A DNA stretch of 62,161 nucleotides, counting the filler. It is 6 parts of 6 records of this genome, joined end to end, with 100 filler letters (N's around TTAATTAATTAA, not from the genome) between each part and the next. Parts side by side here need not be neighbours in the genome. Positions count along the whole stretch, not along the records: positions 55,947 to 62,161 come from DRR723986_18253; 5 more parts are not named here. One strand, given 5' to 3'. Both the position numbers and the translations under genes were made by a program. How positions within the stretch are numbered: position 1 is the first letter of the stretch; every line of letters begins with the position of its first letter. The notes under the pieces were generated by a model, which saw nothing but the letters and a program-made list of their open reading frames with translations, was not told where the DNA came from and did no database searches. Below are positions 59,864-62,161 of the stretch, piece after piece.

Positions 59864-61564
59864 TCAGGCCGGAATATCTGCAATTTCCTGTAGGAAACTA
59901 CCCAGACTGCGGCCCTCAAGCTTTAACTTCTTGCGGATATTACTGCGATGTGTTCTGATTGTCTCCGGTGAACGACACAAATTGGCGGCTATTTCCTTAG
60001 AACTCAAAGACATGAAAATGTACAGGCATACTTTAATCTCAGTTGGCGTCAGGCCCGCATCGAGTCGGGCAAGATGTTGCGCCAAGTCTTCGTAGACGAG
60101 TGCCACGTCGATTGCTTCGTCATTGCCGGTATTGCTGGTGGCGGCCTGACCATCCAGTTCGTTAAATTTGTTGAGCAGCCTTTCGGCAAAGCGGCGCTGA
60201 CGGCCGGCACTTTTGCGCGCAAAACTCTGCACACTTTGTTTAAGGGCTTGCATACTGGAGCGGCTGTGATCCAGGCGAATTGTTAACTTTTGCAGTTTGG
60301 CTTTGCTGCTGTGCACCTGATTTTTACGCTCGGCCAGGTCGGCGCGCAGTTTGGCGGCTTCGCTTTCGGCATCGCGGATGACGGCCTGATACTCTGCCTG
60401 TGCAATTTTGCGCTGACGATCCAGCGAAATCAGGTTCTTCTTGAGTTCCAGGTGTTTACTGATGTATGCACGCGAATCATCGATTTTTCCCAGCCTGGCA
60501 CATACGTCTGCCAGGTCGGCATAAAGTTCACATGTATTTTCGTCCGTCATTGCATCCCCGCACGCGGCGGCCAGGTGTTTAAACTGCTGCAGCGCTGCAT
60601 CCAGTTTGTTAACTATTACATTGCAGCGGCCGGATTCCAGTTGGTGGAGCGCAAACAGTCGCGGAAAGTCAGTTTGATTTAGTCTAATTTCGTCCAATAC
60701 CGCGATAGCCTGGTCAGTTAACTGCAGGGCGCGCAGGATTGAGGCTTCGGAGATGCGGCCGGCTTTGTATTGCCATTCACCGCCGACGCGCTTATAAATC
60801 GCAGTGGCCTGCCGCACCAGATTCAAAGCCTGCTCATGATGTTTGTCATCTTGTGCCTGAATAGTTCTGCGGATTAAAGAATCCGCCAGGTTAATCTCGT
60901 TGCCAAGTGCAGAATTTAACTCCAACTCCAGTTTTACATAGTGCTCATGTTTCTGCATATCACCGCAAATGCGGTACACATCAGCTGCGATCTCGTAAAA
61001 CAAGGCATTACCTGGTAGCGACGAGCCATCCTCCAGAACTTTCTCGCTCTCCAGAACTAATCTGACAGCTTCGTGATACATGCCATTATCGCGGTAAATC
61101 TCCATCAGCGCCAGGATTGCCTGCGCATAACTCATGCTGTGCGCGCCCCCCTGATGATAGTAGCTGGTGCACAACAGCAGATTATTGATCCCAGCTTCCA
61201 GATTGCCCAGCACCGACTGCCAGGTTCCAATGCGGCTATAGAAAAAACACCGGTCGTCATTGTTTTCCAGCCGCGATTCATACTGCGAGAGCCGCTGCAT
61301 ATACGCATTCATTTCCTTGGGATTCCCCATATGGAAACTCATCTCAGCGGAGTACGAGAGGCCACGGATAATCAGGCGCACGTCATCAAGCTCAAGAGCT
61401 CGGCTGGTGTATGCCTGGGCAAATTCATAGGCGCTACGATTGTTGTCCGTCGTGGTGCGTGTCAGAATTGGAAAAATCTCCCATAACTCCTTGGAATCCA
61501 TGACTTTAAGACTTTTAAGCGCAGGATAGGTAAAGGCTTGTAATACCTCTTTTTGAGCCGACAT
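59864..61564 (-). CDS. TPR-repeat protein with C-terminal LuxR-type HTH
   Basis: Helical TPR-like repeats, coiled coil, LTPTEIKVC..SSKEIAANLCRSPETIRTHRSNIRKKL; GAGGAG RBS. Confidence 0.85.
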   Translation of the reverse strand: MSAQKEVLQAFTYPALKSLKVMDSKELWEIFPILTRTTTDNNRSAYEFAQAYTSRALELDDVRLIIRGLSYSAEMSFHMGNPKEMNAYMQRLSQYESRLENNDDRCFFYSRIGTWQSVLGNLEAGINNLLLCTSYYHQGGAHSMSYAQAILALMEIYRDNGMYHEAVRLVLESEKVLEDGSSLPGNALFYEIAADVYRICGDMQKHEHYVKLELELNSALGNEINLADSLIRRTIQAQDDKHHEQALNLVRQATAIYKRVGGEWQYKAGRISEASILRALQLTDQAIAVLDEIRLNQTDFPRLFALHQLESGRCNVIVNKLDAALQQFKHLAAACGDAMTDENTCELYADLADVCARLGKIDDSRAYISKHLELKKNLISLDRQRKIAQAEYQAVIRDAESEAAKLRADLAERKNQVHSSKAKLQKLTIRLDHSRSSMQALKQSVQSFARKSAGRQRRFAERLLNKFNELDGQAATSNTGNDEAIDVALVYEDLAQHLARLDAGLTPTEIKVCLYIFMSLSSKEIAANLCRSPETIRTHRSNIRKKLKLEGRSLGSFLQEIADIPA

Positions 61565-61747
61565 GTCTATCGCTCCTCAACTGATTTCGACAATACCTTG
61601 GGGGTGTTCCGCCAAAGTACACAATGGCTCCCAAACACAAAAGGGACTAATTTTTGCTCTGTTTTTGACTGATCACAACACCCGGACAATACATCCTCCA
61701 CTAATGCGCCCTTAGACCGGAATACTCGTTCATGCTGGGATTAAATT

Positions 61748-62161
61748 ATGCCTGACTGGATCGTAGATAACAGCACATTAATGCTCATATTGGCTGGTGT
61801 TTCGCTGTTGACCTTTGTTGCCGGCCTGGTCTTGGTGCCGATGCTGATTGTGCGCATTCCGGCTGACTATTTTGAGCGGGACGAAAAAGCACATAAGGCA
61901 ATTCCCTCAGGACACAGCCACACACGTGAGATGTTAATCAGCATTGGTCGTAATCTACTCGGCCTGATTTTAGTCTGCGGCGGCATCATGATGTTGGTTC
62001 TTCCGGGCCAGGGTGTCTTAACTATTCTGCTCGGATTGATGCTGATGAACTTTCCCGGCAAATACCGCCTGATTCGTTGGATTGTACAGCGGCCGGCAGT
62101 CCTGAGCGGCATAAACTGGATGCGACGACGACGTGGCAAGCCGGAACTCGTCTTTACGGCG
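61748..62161 (+). CDS. PGPGW-family-like membrane protein, 3'-truncated by the window end
   Basis: Manual translation MPDWIVDN..IVRIPADYF..GRNLLGLILVCGGIMMLVLPGQGVLTILLGLMLMNFPGKY..INWMRRRRGKPEL; absent from the ORF track because it has no stop. Confidence 0.8.
   Translation, partial: MPDWIVDNSTLMLILAGVSLLTFVAGLVLVPMLIVRIPADYFERDEKAHKAIPSGHSHTREMLISIGRNLLGLILVCGGIMMLVLPGQGVLTILLGLMLMNFPGKYRLIRWIVQRPAVLSGINWMRRRRGKPELVFTA

Overview
This window is not one locus. It is six assembly fragments joined by identical artificial 100-nt spacers (44 N + TTAATTAATTAA + 44 N), and they come from at least five bacteria. Taxonomy below is inferred from gene style and synteny. (1) 1-24825, AT-rich Bacteroidota (Cytophagales/Algoriphagus-like): ECF sigma/anti-sigma-gmk-nadD, tandem lipid A acyltransferases, UvrD/PcrA, DUF4290-murA, an IlvD/Edd dehydratase-SDR cluster, a PAS histidine kinase/REC pair, an esterase-cupin fusion, a desaturase, VOC proteins and an amidohydrolase. 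(2) 24926-35128, gammaproteobacterium: rpmI-rplT-pheS-pheT-ihfA-merR-tRNA-Pro, then a three-gene accessory module (secreted DNPLQP-repeat protein, OmpA-domain protein, atypical TpsB/Omp85-like barrel), then a convergent PhoPQ-like pair. (3) 35229-42971, Roseobacter group: ettA, a lower-GC orphan PD-(D/E)XK nuclease-like gene, nadD, DMT, dacB, TerB, DMSP lyase dddW with a divergent LysR, and the start of lysS. (4) 43072-49818, alphaproteobacterium: tRNA-Leu, uppP, gltD-gltB. (5) 49919-55846, FCB-group-like: dnaG, stand-alone rpsD with a structured 5' leader, pth, rplY, prs, tRNA-Gln. (6) 55947-62161, probably the same organism as (5): a large protein with a T9SS-type tail, a TPR-LuxR regulator and a PGPGW-type membrane protein. 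The best candidate for an undescribed system is the non-canonical two-partner-secretion-like module at 30048-33697. Next are the orphan nuclease and the rpsD leader RNA. No CRISPR array, rRNA, transposase or integrase was seen. All family assignments come from motif recognition by eye; no searches were run.
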